Part shown: positions 36,982 through 46,538 of the stretch, in pieces | Position numbering within the stretch: the first letter of the stretch is position 1 | Layout of the letters: each line of letters begins with the position of its first letter | Origin: Oscillospiraceae bacterium | GTDB lineage: Bacteria > Bacillota > Clostridia > Oscillospirales > QAMX01 | Direction of reading: 5' to 3' | DNA: 64,000 nt | NCBI GenBank assembly: GCA_015067705.1 | Contig: SVLW01000005.1 | Span: forward strand, 14,666-78,665 | The notes under the pieces: model-generated | Databases searched by the model: none | What the model saw: the letters and a program-made list of their open reading frames with translations, nothing else | Told to the model about the DNA's origin: nothing | Translations under genes and position numbers: made by a program

Positions 36982-37914
36982 TCACCACATTTCCACTTCA
37001 CACGACAGCATCACGCCGTATGCGCGATACACCGTCTCTTTGATATGTTCGATGAGGCGGCGCACGTCATCCGCTGTGGCGCCGCCGCGATTGATGACAA
37101 AACCTGCGTGCTTCTCAGAAACGCACGCGCCGCCCACGGCATAGCCCTTCAGGCCGCAGTCCTCAATGAGCTTCCCGGCGAAATACCCCTCCGGGCGCTT
37201 GAAGGTGCTGCCCGCGGAAGGGAATTCCAGGGGCTGTTTCTCCCGGCGGCGACCCATCAGGTCGTCCATCTCCGCCCGAATCGCATCGGGATCACCGGGC
37301 ATGAGAGACAGGTCCGCCGAAAGGATCGTGAGCTCTTTTCGGGATTTGAACACGCTTTCCCGGTAGCCAAAGCCCAGTTCCCCGGCAGAAAAGTGCAGAA
37401 TCTGTCCGTCCCGGTCACAGGCGGTCACCGCCGTCACTACCTGGGAGAGTTCTCCGCCGTAGGCACCGGCGTTCATGTAGACGCCGCCGCCTAAGTTTCC
37501 GGGAATCCCATGGAGAAAGGCAAGGCCGGAAAGGCCTTTTTTCTGTGCATAGACCGCCGCGGCCGCCTTCTGACAGCCGGCACCCACGCGCATCGTCCGT
37601 TCGTCCTGCATTTCGATCCCACCGCAGGAAATTTTCAGTACCACACCGGGCACACCGGAATCGGACACCAGCAAATTGGAACCGCCGCCCAAGATATGCA
37701 GCGGCAGATCCGCCTGACGGATCAGGCGAAGCAGCACCGGCACTTCTTCCGCACGGGCAGGCTGCAGCAAAACTTCTGCAGGACCGCCAATTTTGAACGA
37801 AGTATATTTATCGAGATTCTCCTGCTCGTATATCTTCAAATCAGGTACGGCAGCCGCCGCCGCTTGCAAAAAAGTCTTCAAATGTCCCATCCTCCCGGTT
37901 TCTTTGGGTACCAC
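36982..37914 (-). CDS. murB: UDP-N-acetylenolpyruvoylglucosamine reductase
   Basis: FAD-binding FKIGGPAEVLL...GGGSNLL and the C-terminal MurB domain GSTFKRP. The start is uncertain: GTG at 37914 or ATG at 37890. Confidence 0.9.
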   Translation of the reverse strand: MVPKETGRMGHLKTFLQAAAAAVPDLKIYEQENLDKYTSFKIGGPAEVLLQPARAEEVPVLLRLIRQADLPLHILGGGSNLLVSDSGVPGVVLKISCGGIEMQDERTMRVGAGCQKAAAAVYAQKKGLSGLAFLHGIPGNLGGGVYMNAGAYGGELSQVVTAVTACDRDGQILHFSAGELGFGYRESVFKSRKELTILSADLSLMPGDPDAIRAEMDDLMGRRREKQPLEFPSAGSTFKRPEGYFAGKLIEDCGLKGYAVGGACVSEKHAGFVINRGGATADDVRRLIEHIKETVYRAYGVMLSCEVEMW

Positions 37915-38002
37915 GCAATGGGTGATATCACCCCATGATTATTATAGCGGATTTTTCCCATAAAATGAAGCAGTCAAAACAAAAAATTTTGCAGCGAACG
38001 AG

Positions 38003-38036
38003 AAAAAAACGCTCTGCCCGGGATGGGGCAAAGCGT
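38003..38036 (-). terminator. intrinsic terminator after hprK
   Basis: On the minus strand, ACGCTTTGCCC-N6-GGGCAGAGCGT is followed by TTTTTTT. Confidence 0.7.
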
Positions 38037-38058
38037 GTTTGGATACGGGATTGTCGGA

Positions 38059-39000
38059 TCAGTCGCTGAAGTCCTCGCTTAAGCGGGTCAGAAGCTCGTG
38101 GGCGGCATTAAAGCCCATTTTGCGGTCGCGGTTATTCATGGCGGCCACTTCCAGAATCACGGCCAGATTACGGCCGGGACGCACCGGAATGGTCATGAGC
38201 GGCACATTGATATCAAGAATATTGATCTTCTCTACTTCCTCGCCCAGACGGTCATAGCTGTTGCCGTCCTGCCAGGGCTCCATCTTGATCACCAGGTCAA
38301 TGCGCTCCGTCATCTTAACGGAACCCATACCAAAGATGCGGCGCACGTCGATGACGCCGATGCCGCGCAGCTCTACGAAATGGCGGATCACCTCCGGTGC
38401 GCTGCCCACCAGAGTACGGTTGGACACCCGGCGGATCTCCACCGCGTCATCCGCGATCAGTCGATGGCCGCGCTTGACCAGCTCAATGGCCGTCTCGCTC
38501 TTACCTACGCCGGAATCACCCAGAATCAGGATACCCTCACCATAGACCTCCACCAGAACACCGTGGCGGGTGATCTGCGGGGCCAGCCAGACCTTCAGCG
38601 TGGAAAGCATATCGCTCATTAGCGTGCTGGTCCACTCACGGGAACGCAGCACCGGCACATGATGCTTCTGCGCCATTTCCAGAAGTTCCGGAGCGGGCTC
38701 CAGATTACGGCTGATGATAATAGCCGTGGGATGATAGGAGCAGAGCTTTTCCAGCACTTCCGCACGATCCTCGGGTTCCATGCGCTGTAAATAAAAGATT
38801 TCGTCATTACCCAGAATCTGCAGATGATTGGGATCAAAATAGTCAAAGAAACCGGTCAGCTGGAGACCCGGGCGATTGATATCGTCCGACTCCACCTGGA
38901 TTCGCTCCATTCCCTCCGGCGCATTCAGCACTTCCAGATCAAATTCATGAATCACATCCCCCAGCGGGACACTGGGCTTTTTATATCCGCTGAAATCCAT
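38059..39000 (-). CDS. hprK: HPr kinase/phosphorylase
   Basis: 313 aa. P-loop GDSGVGKSETAIELVKRGHRLIADD. Confidence 0.9.
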   Translation of the reverse strand: MDFSGYKKPSVPLGDVIHEFDLEVLNAPEGMERIQVESDDINRPGLQLTGFFDYFDPNHLQILGNDEIFYLQRMEPEDRAEVLEKLCSYHPTAIIISRNLEPAPELLEMAQKHHVPVLRSREWTSTLMSDMLSTLKVWLAPQITRHGVLVEVYGEGILILGDSGVGKSETAIELVKRGHRLIADDAVEIRRVSNRTLVGSAPEVIRHFVELRGIGVIDVRRIFGMGSVKMTERIDLVIKMEPWQDGNSYDRLGEEVEKINILDINVPLMTIPVRPGRNLAVILEVAAMNNRDRKMGFNAAHELLTRLSEDFSD

Positions 39001-39063
39001 ACGATCCTCCCAAATAAGATGCTATTATTATGGCATATTTGAAAGTTGCTGTCAACGGGGTAA

Positions 39064-39087
39064 GAAAAAAGGCCCGAAGCTTCGGGC
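39064..39087 (-). terminator. intrinsic terminator after tadA
   Basis: On the minus strand, GCCCGAAGCTTCGGGC is followed by CTTTTTT. Confidence 0.7.
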
Positions 39088-39094
39088 AAAAGAC

Positions 39095-39547
39095 TCATCT
39101 ACGTTCTTCAAAAAACTCCCGCAGCAGTGCGGCGCATTCCTCCGCCCGCACGCCGCCATAAAGTCTGGGGCGATGGCCAAAGCCCTCCTCGAAGAGATTC
39201 AAGACCCCGCCGCAGGCACCGGCGATGCGGTCGCGGGCACCATACACCACTTCCGGCACGCGGGCATTGATGATGGCTCCCGTACACATGGCGCAGGGCT
39301 CCAGCGTCACATAGAGCGTGCACTCCGAAAGCCGCCAGCTGCCGAGCACCCGGCAGGCCTCCCGAATGGCCAGAAGCTCCGCATGGCCTGTGGCATCGTG
39401 ACCGAATTCCCGGTCGTTCCGCGCCCGGGCGATCACCTCGCCCCGCCGCACGATCACACAGCCCACCGGCACTTCTCCCGCCGCCGCCGCGTCCTTTGCC
39501 AGTTCGATGGCCAGATCCATATACTGTTCCCGCTCCATATTCAACAC
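39095..39547 (-). CDS. tadA: tRNA adenosine(34) deaminase
   Basis: 150 aa. Zinc motifs HAELLAI and PCAMCTGA. Confidence 0.9.
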   Translation of the reverse strand: MLNMEREQYMDLAIELAKDAAAAGEVPVGCVIVRRGEVIARARNDREFGHDATGHAELLAIREACRVLGSWRLSECTLYVTLEPCAMCTGAIINARVPEVVYGARDRIAGACGGVLNLFEEGFGHRPRLYGGVRAEECAALLREFFEERR

Positions 39548-39990
39548 CGACCCGATAGTATTTCAAAGGCATTTGCCGGGATCAGCACTTCCGCCGTTCG
39601 GTCGATAGTGCTCTCCTCCCGGATATCCCGGGCGTATTCCCGCAAAAGTTCTGCCGCAGAGGCCGAGGACGTCGCCAGATAAAAGCGTCCCGCCTTTCTG
39701 CATAATTGTGCCGCGGCGCCGGGGAAAAGCCGTCCGGCCTCTCTGGCCGCGTCCAGAAGATCCTCCGCCTGCTCAAAGCCAAAATATGTAATACCGTGGG
39801 CGCAGGCTTTTACAAACACCAGGGTCTGGCGCCCGGCGGTGTAGGCGGTCAGCTCCGGCTCTGCCGTTTCCGCAATACCCTCCTGCCGTAATGCGGCGGA
39901 GGCCTGCTGCCGCAGATCCTGCTCCTCCGGGCATTCCGCCCGATCCAGCACCAGGAGGAGGCTGTCCGGCCCGATTCTCTGTACTTTCAT
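39541..39990 (-). CDS. hypothetical protein, possibly a short MecA-like adaptor
   Basis: 149 aa. The pattern MKVQRIGPDSLLLVL ... FGFEQAEDLL ... GRFYL ... LLREYA ... resembles the order of conserved blocks in MecA. The similarity is weak and from recollection only. Confidence 0.45.
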   Translation of the reverse strand: MKVQRIGPDSLLLVLDRAECPEEQDLRQQASAALRQEGIAETAEPELTAYTAGRQTLVFVKACAHGITYFGFEQAEDLLDAAREAGRLFPGAAAQLCRKAGRFYLATSSASAAELLREYARDIREESTIDRTAEVLIPANAFEILSGRC

Positions 39991-40117
39991 TCCGCAATCA
40001 CCTCATACCAAGGATTATACCCCGATGCGGGGCGGAAAGATAGTTTGAATCTTTGGGAAAACCGGAAGGAATTGGCGAAACCCGGCGGAGAACTCTGCTC
40101 CGCCGGGTCAGATTGTT

Positions 40118-41722
40118 TTAATAATCGTCCCGCAGATCGTACTGATCCCGCAAAACGATCTCCACGTCAAAGGTTTCGCCGCTGCGGTATACCGTCAGCG
40201 TAATGGTCTCGCCCACGCGCATCCGGTTCTTGATCACATTGATCTGGGATACTGCATAGATGCGGTTACCGTTACAGTGGGTGATGATATCGCCGATCTC
40301 TACCACGCCATAGGCGCCGCCCAGCGGATCGATCTCCGCCACCATCACACCGGCAGGCGTGGTGCCGTACTGATCCTTGCCCTCCTCCACGGATGCGGCG
40401 GTGAGGCCGATGGCCGGATAGCCGCGCACATAGCCGTATGTAAAGAGATCGGACACGATCAGTTCCAGTTCGCTGGTGGGAATGGCGAAACAAAGCCCCT
40501 CATAGGTCGTGGATACCAAACGCACCGTATTGATGCCGATGACCTGGCCGTACTTATTGAGAAGCGGGCCGCCGGAATTGCCGGGATTGATGGCGGCATC
40601 CGTCTGCAGAAGGCGCATGGTTCTGCCGTTTGCATCCACCGTGATCACACGGTCCAGCGCCGAGATGATGCCGGAGGTGGTGGTGCCCTGCAGGTCGATG
40701 GAGGCGGGGCAGCCGATGGCCACCGAGATCTCGCCCACCCGAAGCTGGGTGGAATCGCCGAACTCCGCAGCCACAAGGCCCTGGGCCTCGATCTTCAGAA
40801 TGGCAATGTCCGCGTGTTCATCCGACGCGATGATCTCCGCATCGTATTCCGTGCCGTCATGCAGCAGAACTACCACACGATAGGCGTCGGCAATCACGTG
40901 ATGATTGGTGATGAGATAGCCGTCCTCCGTAAAAACAATGCCGGAGCCAATGCCATAGCCATCCATGGGATCATCGCTGGCATACTTGATCACGCCCACT
41001 ACAGAGGGCGTGGCCTGCTCCGCAATGTCGGGGATCGAGAGCTCCTCCCGATAGTTCTCGCCTTCCGGCTCCACCGTGATGATCTCCACCCGCGGCGCGT
41101 CCTCAATGGGCGTAAAAGAGGCTTCCGGCAAGGCGGAATCGTCCGGATCGGCGGCATCCTCGGGCCATGAGGGCTGATCGGGGTTTTCAGACGGTGCGCC
41201 GTCCTCCGGAGGAGACAGCGGCGAATCCGAGTCATCGGAATGTGCCGGGGGCGAATCGGGCCTGCCCTCGTCATGCAGAAGCCGGTCGGACTGGTCGATC
41301 CAGGCAACGGTCTGATCCCAGATACCGGTATAAATGAGGCCGAACATCAAAGAACAGCCCAGACCAAACGCCAGCAGAAGCGCCAGGATCGTGAAAAACA
41401 CGGTGCGGGCCTTATGCGGTTTTTTGACATACGCCGCGGGACTATATTCCTGGGGACGCGGCTCCGCCGCGCCGGGCCAGGGCGCCGGCCGGTATGCCGG
41501 CGGCATCTGTGCCGCGAAGGGCTCCCCCACGCGGGGCGGGAATTGCGGCTCTGCCGCCGCAAAAGGCGGTGCGGCAGGCGTCGGCTGTTCCGCACAGGGT
41601 TCTGTGGGGAGGGCAGCGTCATTCTGCGGATCCGGTGTTCTGACCGGATCGGTGCCGGGAAGTGCGCCGCCTGACTGCGGCGCCGGATTTTCGTAGTCGC
41701 GAATCTCCATAAGATCCCCCAA
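40118..41722 (-). CDS. HtrA/DegP-family trypsin-like serine protease with PDZ domain and Pro-rich N-terminal region
   Basis: 534 aa with one TM helix, catalytic blocks (ITNHHV, DIAILK, GNSGGPL) and a C-terminal PDZ domain. Confidence 0.85.
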   Translation of the reverse strand: MGDLMEIRDYENPAPQSGGALPGTDPVRTPDPQNDAALPTEPCAEQPTPAAPPFAAAEPQFPPRVGEPFAAQMPPAYRPAPWPGAAEPRPQEYSPAAYVKKPHKARTVFFTILALLLAFGLGCSLMFGLIYTGIWDQTVAWIDQSDRLLHDEGRPDSPPAHSDDSDSPLSPPEDGAPSENPDQPSWPEDAADPDDSALPEASFTPIEDAPRVEIITVEPEGENYREELSIPDIAEQATPSVVGVIKYASDDPMDGYGIGSGIVFTEDGYLITNHHVIADAYRVVVLLHDGTEYDAEIIASDEHADIAILKIEAQGLVAAEFGDSTQLRVGEISVAIGCPASIDLQGTTTSGIISALDRVITVDANGRTMRLLQTDAAINPGNSGGPLLNKYGQVIGINTVRLVSTTYEGLCFAIPTSELELIVSDLFTYGYVRGYPAIGLTAASVEEGKDQYGTTPAGVMVAEIDPLGGAYGVVEIGDIITHCNGNRIYAVSQINVIKNRMRVGETITLTVYRSGETFDVEIVLRDQYDLRDDY

Positions 41723-41734
41723 AAAGTTTCAGTA

Positions 41735-43189
41735 TCAGAAATGTCTGCCGCCTGCAGCCATGCGGTTATCGGCCGCGACAGGCAGCGTGAAGGTAAAGCT
41801 GGTCACGCCGTTTGCACTGGTAACGGAAATGCTCTCGCCGTGCATATTGAGGATCGACTTTACGATGAAAAGGCCGAGGCCCGTACTGCTGGAATCAATG
41901 CCGCGGGACTTATCGGTCTTATAGAAACGGTCAAATACATAGGGCAGCATATCCGCCGGGATCTCCGCGCCGGAATTTGATACGGTGACCCGGATTTTTC
42001 CGTTCTCGCTGACGGCGGATACCCGCAGCACGCCGTTTTCTTCGCCGTACTTGCAGGCGTTGTCCAGAAGATTATAGACCACCTGGGCGATATAATCCTG
42101 ATCCGCCCGGACAAACATCCGGTCCTGCTCAAAGGACACATCCACCGCCTGGTTTTTCTCTTCAATGCGGTTCTGGAATTCCAGAAGGTTCAGACTGATC
42201 ATCTCCGCCAGATCGAAGACGCCGGGGTGCAGCTGGATCTCACCGGAGGACAGGCGGCTGGCCTGCAGCATACGCACCACGAGACGGGACAGGCGGCGGG
42301 TATCCTTCGAGATGATGGTCAGATACTCCCGCTCCCGCTCCGGCGGGATCGTGCCGTCCAGAATGCCGTCGGCAAAGCCCGCGATGGTGGTCATAGGTGT
42401 TTTCAATTCGTGAGAGACATTAGCAATGAAGGAGGAGCGCAGTTCCTCCAGTTTATTGAGAGAAGCAGACATCTGGTTCATGCTGTGGGCCAGCTCGCCG
42501 ATCTCGTCGGTGCGATCCTCCGGCAGACGCAGGGAGAAATCGCCCATGGCATAGGCGCGGGTGGCCTTGGTCATGGCGCGCAGCGGACGCACCATATAGC
42601 GCGTCATGATATAGGACACCACCATACCGATCAGCAGCACAATGAGGCCGATGATGAAGAAAATCTGCTGGTAATACTCAAACATGACCCGCGCGGAATC
42701 CACGGGAGCGGACACGAACACCGCACCCAGCACGATGCCGTTTTCGTTCACCACGCATCTGCCGCTGGAGTAACTGACAGACTGATAAAGTCCGCCCAGC
42801 GTGCCGGTCTCCGAATAGCTGCCGTTTTGGAACACTTCCGTCATGATCTCATTGGAGATCGACTGGGTAAAGCCCTCGGTATAGCCATCCCGGTTTGCGA
42901 AATACAAAAGCTTGCCCTTGGAATCACAGATGATGATCTGCTCGTCATTTTCATACACCACGGCGGAAATGCCGGTGGTGAACATAGAGCGCGCCACCAT
43001 ACTGTCCCGGCTGCCGAAATAAAGGGAGGTCAGATTTCCCACATTCCGGGAATCATCCTCCAGTGTGGTTTTCAGCTGGCCCAGGGTGTAGGTATAGGAC
43101 TGGACAATAAAGAAGAACCCGAAGAGACTGAAACTGATGAGCAGCAGAAGCATGGTCATGGTGAGATAACGCCAGAAAAGGCTTTTCAT
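41735..43189 (-). CDS. sensor histidine kinase (HAMP-HisKA-HATPase)
   Basis: 484 aa with two TM helices. H-box SHELKTPMTTI and G-boxes in the C-terminus. Confidence 0.9.
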   Translation of the reverse strand: MKSLFWRYLTMTMLLLLISFSLFGFFFIVQSYTYTLGQLKTTLEDDSRNVGNLTSLYFGSRDSMVARSMFTTGISAVVYENDEQIIICDSKGKLLYFANRDGYTEGFTQSISNEIMTEVFQNGSYSETGTLGGLYQSVSYSSGRCVVNENGIVLGAVFVSAPVDSARVMFEYYQQIFFIIGLIVLLIGMVVSYIMTRYMVRPLRAMTKATRAYAMGDFSLRLPEDRTDEIGELAHSMNQMSASLNKLEELRSSFIANVSHELKTPMTTIAGFADGILDGTIPPEREREYLTIISKDTRRLSRLVVRMLQASRLSSGEIQLHPGVFDLAEMISLNLLEFQNRIEEKNQAVDVSFEQDRMFVRADQDYIAQVVYNLLDNACKYGEENGVLRVSAVSENGKIRVTVSNSGAEIPADMLPYVFDRFYKTDKSRGIDSSSTGLGLFIVKSILNMHGESISVTSANGVTSFTFTLPVAADNRMAAGGRHF

Positions 43190-43206
43190 GCGTACTCCTT
43201 TTGTGC

Positions 43207-43896
43207 TCAGGAATTCTTTCTCAGTTCAAATTTATAGCCAACGCCCCAGACCGTGGCAAGATCCCACTCGTCACTGACATTCTCAAGCTTCTCACGAAGA
43301 CGCTTGACATGAACGTCGATGGTGCGGGTATCGCCGAAATAGTCAAAGCCCCAGACTTCGTCCAGAAGCTGAGAGCGAGTGAAGACCCGATTGGGATTGG
43401 AGGCCAGGAAGTAAAGAAGCTCGATCTCCTTGGGGGGCGTATCCACCTTCTTGCCGGCCACCGTCAGGTCATAGGCCTCCATATCGATCACAAGACCATC
43501 GAAGGACAGACGCTTGGAGGACGCAGCCTCCGGCGCATACCGGCGCATCACCGCGTGCACGCGGGCAATGACTTCCTTCATCTCAAGAGGCTTTACAATA
43601 TAATCGTCCGCGCCCATTTCCAGGCCGGAGATCTTGTCGCCGGTCTCGCCCTTGGCGGTGAGCATGATAATAGGCGTGGCGGAATCCCGGCGGATCTCCC
43701 GGCACACCTGCCAGCCGTCCATCACCGGCAGCATGATGTCCAGAAGCACGATATCCGGCTCCACCCGCTTGAATTCCCGCAGGCCGTTGCCGCCGTCCGC
43801 GGCGCCGTAGACCTCAAATCCGTCTTTTTCCAGATAAAGCCGCATCAGTTCGCGGATATTGGCGTCATCCTCTATAATCAATGCTTTTTTTGCCAT
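43207..43896 (-). CDS. OmpR-family response regulator
   Basis: KKALIIEDDANI...LLDIMLP receiver domain plus a winged-helix C-terminus. The ATG at 43896 has a GGAGGA RBS. Confidence 0.9.
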   Translation of the reverse strand: MAKKALIIEDDANIRELMRLYLEKDGFEVYGAADGGNGLREFKRVEPDIVLLDIMLPVMDGWQVCREIRRDSATPIIMLTAKGETGDKISGLEMGADDYIVKPLEMKEVIARVHAVMRRYAPEAASSKRLSFDGLVIDMEAYDLTVAGKKVDTPPKEIELLYFLASNPNRVFTRSQLLDEVWGFDYFGDTRTIDVHVKRLREKLENVSDEWDLATVWGVGYKFELRKNS

Positions 43897-44013
43897 AAAG
43901 CATTCCTCCATTCTTTTGTAGGCTGTATTCATTATACTGCATTTTCTCCCATTTGGGAATGAACAATCTGTAAAAAACGAAATCCGTCGAAAAAGTTTCG
44001 GGGAATCCCGGTT

Positions 44014-45312
44014 TTATGGGTTCTCCCCTGCCTTTTTCCCGGGAAGAACCCTCGGTTCCCGGCGCAGCATCAAAAGCAGCATCCGCAGATTCGGCACCAG
44101 CATCAGCATACTGAAAAGATCCGATAAGGTCCAGGCCAGCTCCGTCAGGAGAAAGACCCCCGCCGCCGCAGACACGATCCAGAGCAGCGCGAAAAAGCCG
44201 CCCGCCCGCAGACCGGTCAGATAAAGCCATGCCTGGCGGGCGATATAGTACCAGCCGATGATGGTGGAAAAGCCCAGCACCACCAAAAATACCGGCAAAA
44301 GCCATTCCCCCACCAGAGGAATCATCGAGAAAGCCCGCCGGGCCAGCAGCATGGGATCCCCAAAGCCATAGCCCTCTGAGAGCGCCGCCGTCACGAAGGT
44401 CACGCCGGTAAGCGTGGCCAGGATCATGGTGTCCCACACGCTCTGACAGGCACAGCCCAGAGCCTGTGTCTCCGGATCCTCCGCGTCCGCAGAGGCCGCG
44501 CTGATGCCCGCGGTGCCAAGGCCCGCCTCGCTGGAGAAAAGGCCCCGCGCCACGCCCCAGCGTGCCGCCCGGCCGATGCCGTATCCCGCCGTTCCGGCCA
44601 GTGCGCTGGGGAGAGAGAATGCCTCCGTCAGAATCGCCCGGATGGCCTCCCCCACCGCATCCCGGCAGAGCAGCAGTACCGCCCCGCAGGCCGCCACATA
44701 AAAAAGCACCAGAAGCGGGATCACCCGAATGCAGAAGGAAAAGATCCGTCCCGCGCCGCCCACCAGCACCAGCGCCGTCAGCGCAGCCAGGATAATCGCC
44801 ACGATCCAGACATTCCCGCCGTAGGGAATGAGCACCGTGCGGATGCTGTTTGCAGGGATCAGCGCGCCCATGGTCAGTCCGCAGAGCACCGCCGCCGCGG
44901 CATAAAGCCATGCGCTGCCCCGGAAGCCCATGGCGCGCAGAGAAACCATGGGCCCGCCGGGCAGATCCTCCGTTTGCCTGTGCCGCAGAGAGCAGAGGCA
45001 CTCGGCATACTGTACACCCATGCCCGCAAATCCCGCAAGCCAGCACCAGAACACCGCGCCGGGCCCGCCCAGCGAGATCGCCATGGCCACGCCCACGATA
45101 TTTCCCACACCAAGCACTGCCGCAAGACTGACGCTGAGGCTGCGGCGCACCGCCCGGTTCCCGGAAAAGGCGGCCCCGAGGCCCCGGAATACCCGCCGCT
45201 GCGGGAAGCCCGCCCGGCAGGATATGTAAAGATATACGCCCAGAAGCAGGAACACCACCGGTGCACTCCAGATCAGGTCGGCCATTTCCGACAGGAAACG
45301 GATCCACGTCAT
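44014..45312 (-). CDS. alanine/glycine:cation symporter (AGCS) family transporter, divergent paralogue
   Basis: GNIVGVAMAISLGGPGAVFWCWL and SSEAGLGTAG blocks parallel the second AGCS gene at 61507. The start is placed at MTWIRF, which has a GGAGAGG RBS. Confidence 0.75.
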   Translation of the reverse strand: MTWIRFLSEMADLIWSAPVVFLLLGVYLYISCRAGFPQRRVFRGLGAAFSGNRAVRRSLSVSLAAVLGVGNIVGVAMAISLGGPGAVFWCWLAGFAGMGVQYAECLCSLRHRQTEDLPGGPMVSLRAMGFRGSAWLYAAAAVLCGLTMGALIPANSIRTVLIPYGGNVWIVAIILAALTALVLVGGAGRIFSFCIRVIPLLVLFYVAACGAVLLLCRDAVGEAIRAILTEAFSLPSALAGTAGYGIGRAARWGVARGLFSSEAGLGTAGISAASADAEDPETQALGCACQSVWDTMILATLTGVTFVTAALSEGYGFGDPMLLARRAFSMIPLVGEWLLPVFLVVLGFSTIIGWYYIARQAWLYLTGLRAGGFFALLWIVSAAAGVFLLTELAWTLSDLFSMLMLVPNLRMLLLMLRREPRVLPGKKAGENP

Positions 45313-45441
45313 TTCATCCTCTCCCCCATGGAACATTCGCGTTTTTTGCATGGTTTTTTATCTATCACGCCAAAATATCCTATGCGGATCGCCATCCCGT
45401 TATGCGCGAACGCATAATTCACACAAATTTTCACAGAATAC

Positions 45442-45470
45442 TTGCCAAATGGCGCGATTTGTCGTATAAT
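45442..45470 (+). promoter_or_regulatory. candidate efp promoter
   Basis: TTGCCA (45442-45447), 17 nt of spacer, then TATAAT (45465-45470). Confidence 0.55.
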
Positions 45471-45515
45471 ACAGGATAGCTATGAGCAATAAGAATTCAT
45501 GGAGGGTTATATCTT

Positions 45516-46073
45516 ATGATTACTGCCGGCGATTTCCGCAACGGTATTACTTTTGAAATGGACGGCCAGGTCTACCAGGTCGTGGAATTCCAGCATGTTA
45601 AGCCCGGTAAGGGTGCCGCATTCGTTCGTACCAAGTATAAGAACGTCATTTCCGGCGGCATTGTGGAGCGTTCCTTCAACCCCACCGATAAGTTTGAAAA
45701 TGCTTACATTGAGCGCCGCGAGATGCAGTATCTCTATGCTGACGGCGACATTCACTACTTCATGGACATGGAGTCCTTTGAGCAGACTCCCATCGACAAC
45801 GGCGTTCTGGGCGACAGCCTGAAGTTCGTCAAGGAAGAAATGATGGTCAAGATCCTGTCCTACAAGGGCAACGTCTTTGCTGTTGAGCCTCCCACGTTTG
45901 TCGAGCTGGAGATCTCCGCTACCGAGCCCGGTGTCCGCGGCGATACCGCCACCAACACCCTGAAGCCCGCCACTCTGGAGACCGGCGCCGAGATCAAGGT
46001 CCCGCTGTTTATCAACACCGGCGACATGATCAAGATCGACACCCGTACCGGCGAGTACATCGGCCGCGCATAA
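45516..46073 (+). CDS. efp: elongation factor P
   Basis: 185 aa. [43 protein letters not shown]. Confidence 0.95.
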   Translation: MITAGDFRNGITFEMDGQVYQVVEFQHVKPGKGAAFVRTKYKNVISGGIVERSFNPTDKFENAYIERREMQYLYADGDIHYFMDMESFEQTPIDNGVLGDSLKFVKEEMMVKILSYKGNVFAVEPPTFVELEISATEPGVRGDTATNTLKPATLETGAEIKVPLFINTGDMIKIDTRTGEYIGRA

Positions 46074-46097
46074 TTTTATCTGACAGGAGGCGTCACT

Positions 46098-46538
46098 ATG
46101 ACTTCTCAGGAAAAGGTGGCCTATCTGAAGGGCCTGCTGGCCGGCCTTGAGCTGGACCAGGACAAGAAGGAAACCAAGCTCTTTAACGCCATCATCGACG
46201 TTCTGGATGATCTGGCACATGACGTGCTGGACATTGAGGACGACATCATCGATATGTGCGAGCAGATCGACGGCATCGACGATGATCTGGCCGCTCTCGA
46301 AGACGACATCTATGAAGATGACGACGACGAGGATGACGAGGACGATGAGGACGACGAAGACGAGGACGATGATTTCTTCGAGATCAATTGCCCCGGCTGC
46401 GGCGAAGAGCTTTATGTAGACGGCGACATTCTGGAGGATGGTTCTCTGGAGTGCCCCAAGTGCGGCCGCGTGATGGAGTTCATCCCCGCCTGCGACTGCG
46501 GCTGTGAAGATTGCGAAGGCTGCGAAGACGATGATTAA
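46098..46538 (+). CDS. poly-acidic protein with C-terminal zinc-ribbon
   Basis: 146 aa. A long D/E run (EDDIYEDDDDEDDEDDEDDEDEDDD) is followed by CPGCG...CPKCG and a CDCGCEDCEGC tail. AGGAGG RBS. Confidence 0.65.
   Translation: MTSQEKVAYLKGLLAGLELDQDKKETKLFNAIIDVLDDLAHDVLDIEDDIIDMCEQIDGIDDDLAALEDDIYEDDDDEDDEDDEDDEDEDDDFFEINCPGCGEELYVDGDILEDGSLECPKCGRVMEFIPACDCGCEDCEGCEDDD

Noticed and set aside
35185-37494. A 769-aa plus-strand ORF spanning the dnaE 5' end, whiA and murB on the opposite strand.
   Set aside because: It lies antisense to three genes with unmistakable conserved motifs. The translation is low-complexity (rich in G, H, R, A, L, Q), has no motifs, and has no RBS. It is a typical stop-free shadow frame in roughly 60% GC DNA.
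43865-45307. A 480-aa alternative frame on the same strand as the AGCS paralogue.
   Set aside because: The translation is rich in Gly, Arg and Pro with no TM pattern. The 44014..45312 frame gives a coherent multi-TM AGCS protein with conserved blocks.
45400-45417. The inverted repeat TTATGCG-CGAA-CGCATAA in the divergent AGCS/efp intergenic region.
   Set aside because: It is a single short 7-bp-arm repeat with no second copy seen and no obvious cognate regulator. There is not enough evidence to call it an operator.
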